Positions 1-8,410 are shown, numbered from the stretch's first letter. The stretch is DNA of 20,000 nucleotides from an uncultured virus (IMG/VR IMGVR_UViG_3300026191_000001) (IMGVR_UViG_3300026191_000001:61405-81404), one strand, 5' to 3'. Numbers and translations: made by a program. Notes: generated by a model not told the origin, from the letters alone.

Positions 1-99
1 TACAAGCATGCTATTTTGTTACCTTACTTTGGCGCCTTACTTTCTAGTACAGGAAAAAATTCTTTAACCTCTTACCTACAACGAGAAGGTGTCCTTTAA
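1..99 (+). CDS. 3' end of an upstream phage gene (partial), probably a head-tail joining/neck region protein
   Basis: Frame 1 is open from base 1 (YKHAILLPYFGALLSSTGKNSLTSYLQREGVL) to TAA 97-99, directly abutting the next ATG at 100. Function inferred from position only. Confidence 0.55.
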   Translation, partial: YKHAILLPYFGALLSSTGKNSLTSYLQREGVL

Positions 100-558
100 A
101 TGGCCCAGTATATAAATATCCAAGCCTCTCTACTTCGCTTCTGCAGTGATAATGCAAAGCTATTGCGTGCGCTTGTCGGAACTGAATTTAAGAGCCTCAA
201 CCTCGATGCCTTTTCCAATGAAGATGAGTTACCAGAAGGGGACTTTATTGGTATTGAGGATTTAGCAGTACAGTCGGGCACGGACGATATTCCGCTAGAC
301 ACGCTTTCTGCGGCAGTAACAATTAGCACGGTATCTGACAGTAACAATATGCGACTAACCAAAGTCGTAGATCATATTTTTGAGTGTTTAAGGCCAACGA
401 AAACCTTTACGCTTTTTGATGAAACTACAGGGGCTAGAAGGGGAAATATTACGTGTATGAATATGACCCAGATTCTTCCAGTTCAAGACGGAAAAAATTC
501 TCGGGTTATTCAGTCGATAATTTTTCAAGCCTCAGCTTTAGATGAATCGACAAAATGA
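100..558 (+). CDS. Putative tail terminator / tail completion protein
   Basis: 152 aa ORF with GAAGG upstream. Size and position before the major tail protein are typical of tail terminators. No diagnostic motif recognised. Confidence 0.55.
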   Translation: MAQYINIQASLLRFCSDNAKLLRALVGTEFKSLNLDAFSNEDELPEGDFIGIEDLAVQSGTDDIPLDTLSAAVTISTVSDSNNMRLTKVVDHIFECLRPTKTFTLFDETTGARRGNITCMNMTQILPVQDGKNSRVIQSIIFQASALDESTK

Positions 559-866
559 GTAAGTCCTAAGTCCTTCAAGCTTGCGCAAACAGCGATTTGA
601 AAAGCTTGTTGACGGGTGTATAGTGTTCGTTGGCAGTACTGATCAAGACGATTCAAAACTTTTTTGGGTAGTCTTAAGGTAAAGCTTTTTGATGATGCCG
701 ACTTAGGAACAACACGCATATCGATTGGACTTAAGTTATTGTGTAAAAAGTGGTCTAATAAGACGCGCAACTTGTCCGCATCCGATTCACCTTCAATAGG
801 TGCTCTGGCTGCGGTCACAAAAATGTTCGTGGGTGTGATGATTGAAATTGGTGTAAGTTTTGCCAT
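525..866 (-). CDS. Ribbon-helix-helix (Arc/CopG/MetJ-like) DNA-binding protein, possibly two tandem RHH units
   Basis: Strong SD AAGGAGG (minus strand, 874-880) 7 nt before ATG. C-terminal KSFTLRLPKKVLNRLDQYCQRTLYTRQQAFQIAVCASL fits the RHH pattern (alternating strand F-T-L-R-L, helix A, helix B). Fills the gap between two + strand genes. Confidence 0.7.
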   Translation of the reverse strand: MAKLTPISIITPTNIFVTAARAPIEGESDADKLRVLLDHFLHNNLSPIDMRVVPKSASSKSFTLRLPKKVLNRLDQYCQRTLYTRQQAFQIAVCASLKDLGLTHFVDSSKAEA

Positions 867-893
867 GTTTCATCCTCCTTCAGCAAGGTATCA

Positions 894-922
894 ATAATAA
901 CCTAAAATTTGGAGATTGACGA
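894..922 (-). promoter_or_regulatory. Candidate sigma70-type promoter for the RHH gene
   Basis: Minus strand TCGTCA (922-917), 17 nt spacer, TATTAT (899-894). This places +1 near 887, just upstream of the SD at 874-880. The -35 matches only 4/6. Confidence 0.35.
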
Positions 923-924
923 TG
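907..924 (+). promoter_or_regulatory. Shared translation-initiation motif, copy 1 (ATTTGGAGATTGACGATG)
   Basis: Covers the SD and ATG(922) of the major tail gene. Can pair over 18 nt with 8301-8318, with two G-U pairs. Confidence 0.8.
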
Positions 925-1752
925 GCTGGTGAAGCTAAAACAACTGATTTTATGTTGGGTACTGCCACTGTAATGATTGGTAACCCAGAAGACCTCTATA
1001 AACTAAACCCAGAACAACATTCTGTGGGCCTAGTTAAGAATTTCACAATCGAAGCAACCAAGGAACGTTCTGACCTTACCCAAGGCCGAACTAACGATGT
1101 TGTTTTCACACTAACAACCGGTGCCACGACTCGAGGCACATTCGAAATGTACGAATACACTGAAAAGAACCTTGCTTACGCGTTGGGTCTAGACGGTGGG
1201 GAGTTGGTATCTCCTGAAGGTGATGCTCACGTAGTTAAGACTGCAGCTTCTTTCTCATCCGGTGCGGTATCCCTAGAACTCAATGATGGTACAGGACAGG
1301 ATATTAAGGTAGGTAGCTGGGTTAGTGTTCGCGACCCTATCTCAGAAAATATTGTTTTAGGTACCGTAACAAATGTTTCAGGGCTTACAACGGGTACGGC
1401 AGAAACCGCTACTATAGAAGTAGAAGTACCTGACAGCACTATGGCTTGGGAAGTTCCGGCTGGCGCATATGTATCCCTAGTAACGGTACTTGATGTGGGC
1501 TCAACGGATGTTGACCGAGACTTTGCCGCTAAGGTTCAAGGCCAGCTAGCTAACGGTAAGTGGATCACACTTCTTATTCCTAAGATGCGTGTTTCTTCAG
1601 GTCTTACTATGGCATTTGGTACCGACAACTTCGGTAATACACCATTTGAGTTTACGCCACTTAAAGTTACACCTTCCGATACTTACTATGCACCTTTCAA
1701 AGGTACCTCTGGTAAGTTGGTTCATGACTCAGTACAAAGCGCATTGTCGTAA
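922..1752 (+). CDS. Major tail (tube) protein
   Basis: ~276 aa from ATG 922 with GGAG SD. Beta-rich, T/G/V-rich sequence (FMLGTATVMIG, VGLVKNFTIE, FGNTPFEFTPL). Followed by a strong terminator, chaperone and tape measure, which is the canonical order. Confidence 0.8.
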   Translation: MAGEAKTTDFMLGTATVMIGNPEDLYKLNPEQHSVGLVKNFTIEATKERSDLTQGRTNDVVFTLTTGATTRGTFEMYEYTEKNLAYALGLDGGELVSPEGDAHVVKTAASFSSGAVSLELNDGTGQDIKVGSWVSVRDPISENIVLGTVTNVSGLTTGTAETATIEVEVPDSTMAWEVPAGAYVSLVTVLDVGSTDVDRDFAAKVQGQLANGKWITLLIPKMRVSSGLTMAFGTDNFGNTPFEFTPLKVTPSDTYYAPFKGTSGKLVHDSVQSALS

Positions 1753-1778
1753 AAACCCTGGGTTTAAAAACTGTTTAG

Positions 1779-1802
1779 AAGGCCTCTTCGGAGGCCTTTT
1801 TT
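1779..1802 (+). terminator. Rho-independent terminator after the major tail gene
   Basis: AAGGCCTC-TTCG-GAGGCCTT then TTTT: perfect stem with a cUUCGg tetraloop and a U tract. Confidence 0.9.
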
Positions 1803-1804
1803 AA

Positions 1805-1818
1805 GGAAATTGACGATG
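1805..1818 (+). promoter_or_regulatory. Shared translation-initiation motif, copy 2 (GGAAATTGACGATG)
   Basis: Exact 14-mer ending in ATG(1816) of the chaperone gene. Confidence 0.85.
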
Positions 1819-2163
1819 AGTGATAACCCTTCTGTAACCTTTAACATCAGCGTTAACGGCGAAGATAAAGAAGTTTTCATGAGTTTTGCGCTACTCAATA
1901 CCATCACAGGGTACTTTAGAAATGCGGAAGAACTCGAACAAATCCTCTTAAATTCCGACGTTCGAGCGAGTGTAATTACTGAACTCCTATCTGAAAGAAA
2001 TGAGACGGGCCGAATAACCCAGAATTTCGATATTAATACAATGAAGGCAGACCCAGACCAAATACTGGACTTGCTGGAATGGGTATCGGAGCACGTTGAG
2101 ACTTTTTTTATGAAGGCTCTACAAAGAGCCAAGCAACGAATGAAGAAGAAGCAGACCACTTAG
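1816..2163 (+). CDS. Tail assembly chaperone (lambda gpG-like)
   Basis: 115 aa acidic, helical ORF between the major tail and tape measure genes. Contains slippery T TTT TTT at 2103-2109. Confidence 0.8.
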   Translation: MSDNPSVTFNISVNGEDKEVFMSFALLNTITGYFRNAEELEQILLNSDVRASVITELLSERNETGRITQNFDINTMKADPDQILDLLEWVSEHVETFFMKALQRAKQRMKKKQTT

Positions 2164-2474
2164 AAGTCTTCAATTCTTGGTACCTAAAACTGTCGTTTGA
2201 AGAGCAGTTGTGTTTTGTTTTCGAAACGGTACCCAGCCAGCTACAGAAGATATTTTGGTCACATAGTAACCAAGATATCAAAGTTAAAACCAAGCTAACA
2301 CTTGGATTAAAGACTGTCACAATGACCCAAGAGTATGTGACGTTATTGAATGCCGCAGGGACTATCTTCGGTAAAAAAGAAAGTGGTTCAGGCAAGCCCA
2401 GACGTAAAACTACGAGCACGGTACCAAAAGATGAAATAGAAGCTGAGGCCCGAGCAAGAGCCGTTTTTGGGTAA
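2100..2474 (+). CDS. -1 frameshift extension of the tail assembly chaperone (gpGT-like; fusion 1816-2474, ~219 aa)
   Basis: The -1 frame is closed by TGA 2097-2099, then open from 2100 through the T7 run to TAA 2472-2474 (FYEGSTKSQATNEEEADHLEVFNSWYLKLSFEEQLCFVFE...). No convincing independent start or SD at the called TTG 2208. Confidence 0.8.
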   Translation, partial: DFFYEGSTKSQATNEEEADHLEVFNSWYLKLSFEEQLCFVFETVPSQLQKIFWSHSNQDIKVKTKLTLGLKTVTMTQEYVTLLNAAGTIFGKKESGSGKPRRKTTSTVPKDEIEAEARARAVFG

Positions 2475-2482
2475 CAATTAGG

Positions 2483-2496
2483 GGAAATTGACGATG
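2483..2496 (+). promoter_or_regulatory. Shared translation-initiation motif, copy 3 (GGAAATTGACGATG)
   Basis: Exact 14-mer ending in ATG(2494) of the tape measure gene. Confidence 0.85.
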
Positions 2497-5400
2497 GCCG
2501 GCAGCAATGCATCCAATACAATTAGAAATACCTTACTTAATTTTACCGTCGATCCTAAATCCAAAAAGGTAATCGAGGAACTAACTCGCGAGTTTGAAAA
2601 GCTAGAGCGGGTCACACAAGCCGCTAGTCAACAACTTCAAGCCAACATTAAGGCCATTAAGGACACCCCACAGGGGCGCTCTGAACTCGCCCAGAACGCT
2701 AAGAATGAAGTTAACACTCAGCGCAAAATCTTAAGTGAGAACCAAAAGAATGCGCGTGCGTTACTAGATCAAATTGCCTTAACCCTTGGGAAGGGACTCA
2801 ACCCTCAACAGCAACAGCAATTAGTGAAAGGGCTGAATCAAGCCTTTGGGGAAATTACAGGCCGCTTCACTAAACAGGCCCAAGCGCAAGCCAAGAAACA
2901 AGCAAAGGACCTTGCTGACTATTACGACCTTCAATTTCGTAAGAACCCTACCGTTCGAAAAGGAAGCCAGCTCTATAAGTCTCGAGTAAACACGTTAAAC
3001 GAAAGTGAATTGCGCACAGGGATTCAAAGGCAAAAGCTTTTACGTAGTGGAGCACAAAGTGCGCTTAACGATGCGATTCGCTTAGGTGATACCAGTCTTG
3101 AGAAGAAAGCTCAAAATGCGCTTAAGAAGCTCGAGTCAGGCTTAGTCGCTGCGGAAGCAAGACTAAAGAAATTTACCGACGCTTCTAAAAAAGCAGAAGT
3201 AGCGCAAGACACGCAAGCTCGAACTGTAAGACGAACCCTTAAATCCTACAATGATGATGAGTTTCGATTAAACCCTACCGTAGCTAAAGGGCAGAAGGTT
3301 AAAGCGTCTCAAATCTCTACGTTGAACAGAACTCAACTAGAGGACGCTATTGCTCGGAATAAGGTTTACGAGAATGCCGCCCGTAAAGCGCTGAAGTCCA
3401 GTCTCGCGCCGGAGACGAGAAATAAAACGCTAGAGAATAACGCGGGTAAAGCGCTAAGAGAACTTGAAGAATCAACCAAGCTTGCCAAAGCACGATTAAA
3501 AGAATTCGCTGATGCTGCGGCCGAGGCCAAGCGTGCTGAAAAAGCAGCACAAAAAGCCCAGAGGCCCTCGACACAAGTAACCGAACAACAGCGTGTCGCT
3601 CGTCGTATTGAACAGATTAGACAATCGCAAACCAATCAGCGCTTAGATGGCGGAGCCCAGCTATTCAGAAACCAAGGGCAGTTACTTCGTAACTACGCTG
3701 TGATGGGCGCCGGTGTTGGTGGTCTTGCAACGTCCGCGACGTTCTCAACTGAGCTAGATAGACAGTTCAAACAACTTCAATCCATTGTGAACCTCACCAA
3801 TGAGGAAATGGAAGAGCTGTCTAAAAACCTTATTGATGTTTCTGAAAAAACTAAGTTTACAGCCACGGACGTCGCAGATGCGGCCATAACGCTTGGTCAG
3901 GCTGGCTTAGGTCAAAATGATATCCAGAATGCGATAGAGGGAGTTACGCTCTTTGCTACCGCGGTAGGTTCTGACTTAAAAAGTGCCGTTGACCTCGCCA
4001 CATCAACATTAGGGGTATTTAATAAAGACAGTTCGCAGATGATCAACATAGTAGACAAAATGACTACGGCTGTGAACAGCTCAAAATTGAACCTTGATAA
4101 ACTTGCCTTAGGTCTTCAGTACTCGGGTAACTTAGCGGCCCAGTCTAATGTGACGTTTGAAGAAACGGTCTCCGCACTTGGCGCAATGGCTAACTCGGGT
4201 ATCCGAGCTGGTTCGACCCTTGGTACCGGCCTTCGACAAATTATTATATCCCTGCAGAAACCGTCAGAGTCTTTTACCGAGATTGTACACAACCTCGGGC
4301 TCTCAATGTCTGACCTAGATATTACGACTCACGGTTTGATACCAGTAATGAAAACGCTGGCCGAGAGTGGTTTTACTGTCCGTGATGCTATGGAAAGTAT
4401 GGAAGTGCGTGCAGCATCTGCATACGGAGCTTTTGCAAATAACATTAGCGTAGCGGAAGACCTAAGCGAACAAATGCGTATTGGTGGTTCTGCGGCCCGT
4501 GCGAACGACACGCAGATGGAAGCATTAGCTAACCAGTTAGACCGTTTGGGCTCTATCAGTAAATCGATTGTCTACGAGTCAATGGAGCCACTACTAGACA
4601 CCATTACCAAGCTTACTGAAAAGACCGCTGACTTTCTTTCAGTGGTAAGAGACCTCGGCCCCATTCTAAGCGCTTTAGCAGTACCGGCCTCGATACTAGG
4701 TGGCGTGCTGGCCACAAGGAGCGTTCTTCGTCTGGGCGCGGGGTTACTTGGCGGCGTGGATATGCTGACCGGAGGAAAAGGTAAAGGTAGCACAATCTCT
4801 AGGCTTGCTAAGGTTGCCACTGGTCGGGGATTAGGTACCGCGGCGGGGTTCGCCGCCCGTGCAATACCTGGGGTTGGCCTTGCTACTGCCGTAGGTACCG
4901 CGGGGGTTTATGGATATCAATATCTCGATGGCCGAGCCCGAGCTAATGACCGTGTTGATAGCACGCAAGCGGCCTTAAACCGTGGTACCTCTGAAACTAA
5001 GGTTTATGAAGACCAGCTTAAAAAAGTTGGGTCAGCTATTGATACGCTTATCTTAAAGCAAAATGACCTTACGAATAATGAGTCTCTTCAGCGCGAGATA
5101 CGTCGTCTTAACGATGAGTTTCGCCAGCAAGGGTTGTACATCGATGATTCGATAGACAGCTACGACAAGCTTATTACCAAGATGAAGGAGTTTGAAGATG
5201 CTACTCGGGATGGAGTGGGGTACCTTCAGAACCAAAACCGGAATAACTTTGTTGATAACTCGGAAGCTAAATTAAATGAGTTATTTTCAATCGGCTTTTT
5301 CGATTCATCTGAACGCAGACTTCTAGCCGAAGAGAAGGGAACGGATGTTAGCGTCGGTAGCGGTAAAACCGCGACCCAACGTGGCCGTTTTGCAAGTCGA

Positions 5401-7815
5401 GGAAATGTTTATAGAAGTCTGATAGATACAGCGCTGCCGAATTTTGGGGATGATCTTGCGGGTATCAACGAGCTTATTCGCAACATCAACCCTCAAGAGG
5501 CCGGTGCTTATGGCCGTGCACAAGAGGCACGCACGCAAACACAAGCATTGCAAAGCCAGTTATTTAATATCCTAAATCAATCTCCGCAAGAACTAGATTC
5601 CCTAATGCAGCAATTTGGCCTATCCGGTGATGCACGGGATAAAGCCGAAGAGTATATAAACAACCTTGCTCAAGAAATGCTTAATCGAGCGAACACGTTG
5701 CTGGAAGTGGAGAACAACCAGAAACAATACGATTCGTTAGACCCGAGTATCAAAGAGGAAGAGCGAAAAATTTCCCAAGTGGTAATTAAGAATCGTCGCG
5801 AACTGTTAAATGATATCGCTGAGACCAGCGAGGAAATCAATGCATTAACAGAGAAAAACAAAGACTACGAGACCAGTGACTACTTAGGCACATTTAAGGA
5901 CATAAACACACTGGTTCGTGACCAGATAAAAGCCTTGCTAGAAGATGAGAAAGAGGCCATTGCGGAATTAGAAGCGCAAGGGGTTTCTAACCCTAGACTT
6001 GTGCTTCAGGAACAAGGCTATTACCAAGCCGCAGGGGAAGCGAGAGGTAAGCTTGAGCGCTCACTACAATCGGCGGCGAAGGATGCTAGGCCGGATGCTA
6101 ATTTATATTACCCCGCACGACTGGCGGAGTTAGATAAAGAGCTGGATGTACTTCGTGATCAACTTCGCCAAGTTACGGACCGAGAAACTTCAGATGAAAT
6201 AAAAACTAAGCTCCAAGAACTAAACCTTGAGCGAGAGCGTGTGGCCAATGAGCAAGACACTCTCTTTGCGGCCATTGATGGTAACTCTCCTGTCTCTGTT
6301 GCTCAGCGAGACAGAGAGCTAAATGCTCGGGTTATCTTAGGGAACCAAGAATTCGATACGATACAAGCAAAGACCTTTGCAAGAAGTCGTCTCGAACGTT
6401 CTATTGGTGAACAACAAGACCTAGACGTTCGTGATTTTAAATTGCTTGGTGATGATGATGAGTTATCGCGTCTCTTAACTGATGTTATTGGTACGGAACA
6501 AGGTGAGATAAACAATGCTTTGGCCAAAGCACGGCAAGAAGCTGAAAAACTAAGAACCCAAGCGGAAGACACCCGCTATGAAGCCCAGCGCTATATTGAT
6601 ATCTCAAACAATGAAGGCTACACCGACGAAACCCGAGAGCGTGCCGCGGGTATTGCTAACGATATTGAGAGCCAAGCAGTACAACTAGAAAAAGAGGCGA
6701 TCGCTTTAGAAGAACAAGCCGTTCGACAAGCGAAAGAAGCCTTAATGGATTTTGCTAATTATCTTCAAGAAACCATTGTTGATAACCCCGCGCTAACGGA
6801 TGGCCGCTCTAAAGCGAAAACAAGAAAGTCTATTGAAGGACTTGAAGGGCAAAATATTAGTCTTGACTCTAATCTTGAGGACCTTTCACAAGCTTCTAAA
6901 GAAGCGGATCGTGGCCTACGGGAATTTAGAGACCAGATGGGGGACACGGTTCGAAAGATAAATCAGAGTATTTATGAAAGTGACCAGTTTCGCCAAACTC
7001 AAGCCGCGATTTATGGCACGCAGTATTCTCCTCTGGGGGAGCAAGGGGTTGATGAAACCTACGGAGGTCGAGGAGGAAAAGGTGTAGCTTCTCAGTTCGC
7101 TAACGCGGGTTCCTATATTGTTGATGAAGTTAATAGTAGTTACGAAAACTTTGACGTCTTAACCCAAATGACGATGGAAGCGACGGAAGCTGCTAAAGGT
7201 TTAGGTGATGCTTTTGGAGCAACGTTCGCGGATATCATTACAGGGGCCAGTGACTCAGAAGACGCATTCAGGTCATTAGGGGTAAGCATACTTACCGAAA
7301 TGGCCAATATCGCGACCCGCGCTTTAGCTAACCAGTTAATAATGTCACTCTTCTCTGGTCTCGGCCTGATGGGTGGAGGTATGGGCGGCGGAATGGGTGG
7401 TTTCTTTGGTGGAGGGATGTTTACTGGGGGTCCAGTAATAGCCGGTAGTTATAAGACTGGGGGATTAATTACCAGTGGGATGTCTACTCGAGATTCAACC
7501 TATGCCAAAGTGAGTCGTGGTGAGTTTGTTCTTCGCAAAGCGGCAGTAGATGCTTTAGGCCTAGAGACGGTCAAAGCACTCAACTCTGCCGACCCTAATA
7601 GTGTCAAAGATAAAGAAATGATGAATAGCAATGCTACCCAGGCTATGTCGGCATCAAATAGTGAAGGCGGCGGCGTTGTTAATGTTTACGTGGTAAGTGA
7701 GAAGCAATTACCACCTATGGGGCCAAACGATGTGAAAGCTATTATTGGTGATGATATCGCGAGAGACGGTGAACTTGCTTCACTGGTAGCACAGGTAGCA
7801 ATGAGGACTAAATAA
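2494..7815 (+). CDS. Tail tape measure protein
   Basis: ~1773 aa, A/Q/E/L-rich coiled coil. TP901-type core (TKFTATDVADAAITLGQAG, LGAMANSGIRAGSTLGTGLRQ). Typical C-terminal motif (GGLITSGMSTRDSTYAKVSRGEFVLRKAAVDALG). Confidence 0.95.
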   Translation: MAGSNASNTIRNTLLNFTVDPKSKKVIEELTREFEKLERVTQAASQQLQANIKAIKDTPQGRSELAQNAKNEVNTQRKILSENQKNARALLDQIALTLGKGLNPQQQQQLVKGLNQAFGEITGRFTKQAQAQAKKQAKDLADYYDLQFRKNPTVRKGSQLYKSRVNTLNESELRTGIQRQKLLRSGAQSALNDAIRLGDTSLEKKAQNALKKLESGLVAAEARLKKFTDASKKAEVAQDTQARTVRRTLKSYNDDEFRLNPTVAKGQKVKASQISTLNRTQLEDAIARNKVYENAARKALKSSLAPETRNKTLENNAGKALRELEESTKLAKARLKEFADAAAEAKRAEKAAQKAQRPSTQVTEQQRVARRIEQIRQSQTNQRLDGGAQLFRNQGQLLRNYAVMGAGVGGLATSATFSTELDRQFKQLQSIVNLTNEEMEELSKNLIDVSEKTKFTATDVADAAITLGQAGLGQNDIQNAIEGVTLFATAVGSDLKSAVDLATSTLGVFNKDSSQMINIVDKMTTAVNSSKLNLDKLALGLQYSGNLAAQSNVTFEETVSALGAMANSGIRAGSTLGTGLRQIIISLQKPSESFTEIVHNLGLSMSDLDITTHGLIPVMKTLAESGFTVRDAMESMEVRAASAYGAFANNISVAEDLSEQMRIGGSAARANDTQMEALANQLDRLGSISKSIVYESMEPLLDTITKLTEKTADFLSVVRDLGPILSALAVPASILGGVLATRSVLRLGAGLLGGVDMLTGGKGKGSTISRLAKVATGRGLGTAAGFAARAIPGVGLATAVGTAGVYGYQYLDGRARANDRVDSTQAALNRGTSETKVYEDQLKKVGSAIDTLILKQNDLTNNESLQREIRRLNDEFRQQGLYIDDSIDSYDKLITKMKEFEDATRDGVGYLQNQNRNNFVDNSEAKLNELFSIGFFDSSERRLLAEEKGTDVSVGSGKTATQRGRFASRGNVYRSLIDTALPNFGDDLAGINELIRNINPQEAGAYGRAQEARTQTQALQSQLFNILNQSPQELDSLMQQFGLSGDARDKAEEYINNLAQEMLNRANTLLEVENNQKQYDSLDPSIKEEERKISQVVIKNRRELLNDIAETSEEINALTEKNKDYETSDYLGTFKDINTLVRDQIKALLEDEKEAIAELEAQGVSNPRLVLQEQGYYQAAGEARGKLERSLQSAAKDARPDANLYYPARLAELDKELDVLRDQLRQVTDRETSDEIKTKLQELNLERERVANEQDTLFAAIDGNSPVSVAQRDRELNARVILGNQEFDTIQAKTFARSRLERSIGEQQDLDVRDFKLLGDDDELSRLLTDVIGTEQGEINNALAKARQEAEKLRTQAEDTRYEAQRYIDISNNEGYTDETRERAAGIANDIESQAVQLEKEAIALEEQAVRQAKEALMDFANYLQETIVDNPALTDGRSKAKTRKSIEGLEGQNISLDSNLEDLSQASKEADRGLREFRDQMGDTVRKINQSIYESDQFRQTQAAIYGTQYSPLGEQGVDETYGGRGGKGVASQFANAGSYIVDEVNSSYENFDVLTQMTMEATEAAKGLGDAFGATFADIITGASDSEDAFRSLGVSILTEMANIATRALANQLIMSLFSGLGLMGGGMGGGMGGFFGGGMFTGGPVIAGSYKTGGLITSGMSTRDSTYAKVSRGEFVLRKAAVDALGLETVKALNSADPNSVKDKEMMNSNATQAMSASNSEGGGVVNVYVVSEKQLPPMGPNDVKAIIGDDIARDGELASLVAQVAMRTK
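2923..3540 (+). repeat. Diverged ~109 aa tandem duplication in the tape measure N-terminus
   Basis: YDLQFRKNPTVRKG...TLNESEL...AEARLKKFTDA versus YNDDEFRLNPTVAKG...TLNRTQL...AKARLKEFADA. AACCCTACCGT occurs at 2944 and 3271 (327 nt apart). Confidence 0.8.
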
Positions 7816-8201
7816 TGTCATTGGAACAGTTTAATTTTATTTACCATAAGGTCTCTCATCGTTATAGGGACCGCTCAACTAAGTTGACCTTAGGTAATCA
7901 ATGGGACTATGTAACTAAGCCTACGGCCCCTGTTAGCAGGATATTTACATTGAAATATTCAGTAATGAAATATTTTGAAAATCCCCAACTTCTAGGTCCA
8001 AAGGAACGTCGGTATAGTGCTGATCATTTGGATGAGTTTTACCAACGTCACGAAACTTGGAAAGAGTTTATTTTTCAACACCACAAATTCGGGAATGTCG
8101 TGGTAAGGTTTGACCAACCCCTTGAGCTACCGGAAGGTATTACAGGGGGGGATGGCGCTATTGAACCTTTTACTATTACGTTGCGTGAGGTAGGACTTTA
8201 A
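7815..8201 (+). CDS. Distal/minor tail protein (lambda gpM-like)
   Basis: 128 aa, coupled to the tape measure stop (TAATG). Motifs LDEFYQRHETWKEFIF and the terminal FTITLREV resemble the gpM family. Confidence 0.75.
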   Translation: MSLEQFNFIYHKVSHRYRDRSTKLTLGNQWDYVTKPTAPVSRIFTLKYSVMKYFENPQLLGPKERRYSADHLDEFYQRHETWKEFIFQHHKFGNVVVRFDQPLELPEGITGGDGAIEPFTITLREVGL

Positions 8202-8238
8202 TTGATAAAATATTTATTAATTAATTTAAACAATATTA

Positions 8239-8267
8239 TTGACAATAAAATTGTGAGTCCGTAGTAT
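8239..8267 (+). promoter_or_regulatory. Near-consensus sigma70 promoter with AT-rich UP-like element
   Basis: TTGACA (8239-8244), 17 nt spacer, TAGTAT (8262-8267). Preceded by ~40 nt of almost pure A/T (8199-8238). Confidence 0.85.
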
Positions 8268-8274
8268 TGACCTC

Positions 8275-8352
8275 GGTTAGTAGTCCATGTGGCTCCTAAT
8301 TATCGTCAATTTCCAAATCAACGCCTCAGCCTTGCTGGGGTGTTCTGTTTTT
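8275..8352 (+). ncRNA. Candidate trans-acting antisense small RNA (~78 nt)
   Basis: Bounded by promoter and terminator. Predicted 5' hairpin 8275-8301, unpaired seed 8302-8320, terminator hairpin 8321-8343. The seed is the reverse complement of the motif at five tail gene starts. Ends are estimated. Confidence 0.75.
8321..8352 (+). terminator. Intrinsic terminator closing the candidate sRNA
   Basis: ACGCCTCAGC-CTT-GCTGGGGTGT (10 bp, two G-U pairs) followed by TCTGTTTTT. The G-U pairs only work on the + strand transcript. Confidence 0.75.
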
Positions 8353-8410
8353 GGGCGCTTGAAAAATATTCAATCTATTCCTCTTTTCGGTATACTAGGC
8401 GAAAATTGAG

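Noticed and set aside
664..897. 77 aa + strand ORF
   Set aside because: TTG start with no SD. It is a shadow of the minus-strand RHH gene, which has a strong SD and a recognisable fold.
2208..2474. Independent 88 aa gene
   Set aside because: The frame is open from 2100 and is reached by the slippery site, so it is treated as the frameshift extension.
7369..7422. Gly/Met-rich repeat GGMGGGMGGFFGGGMF
   Set aside because: Ordinary low-complexity linker near the tape measure C-terminus.
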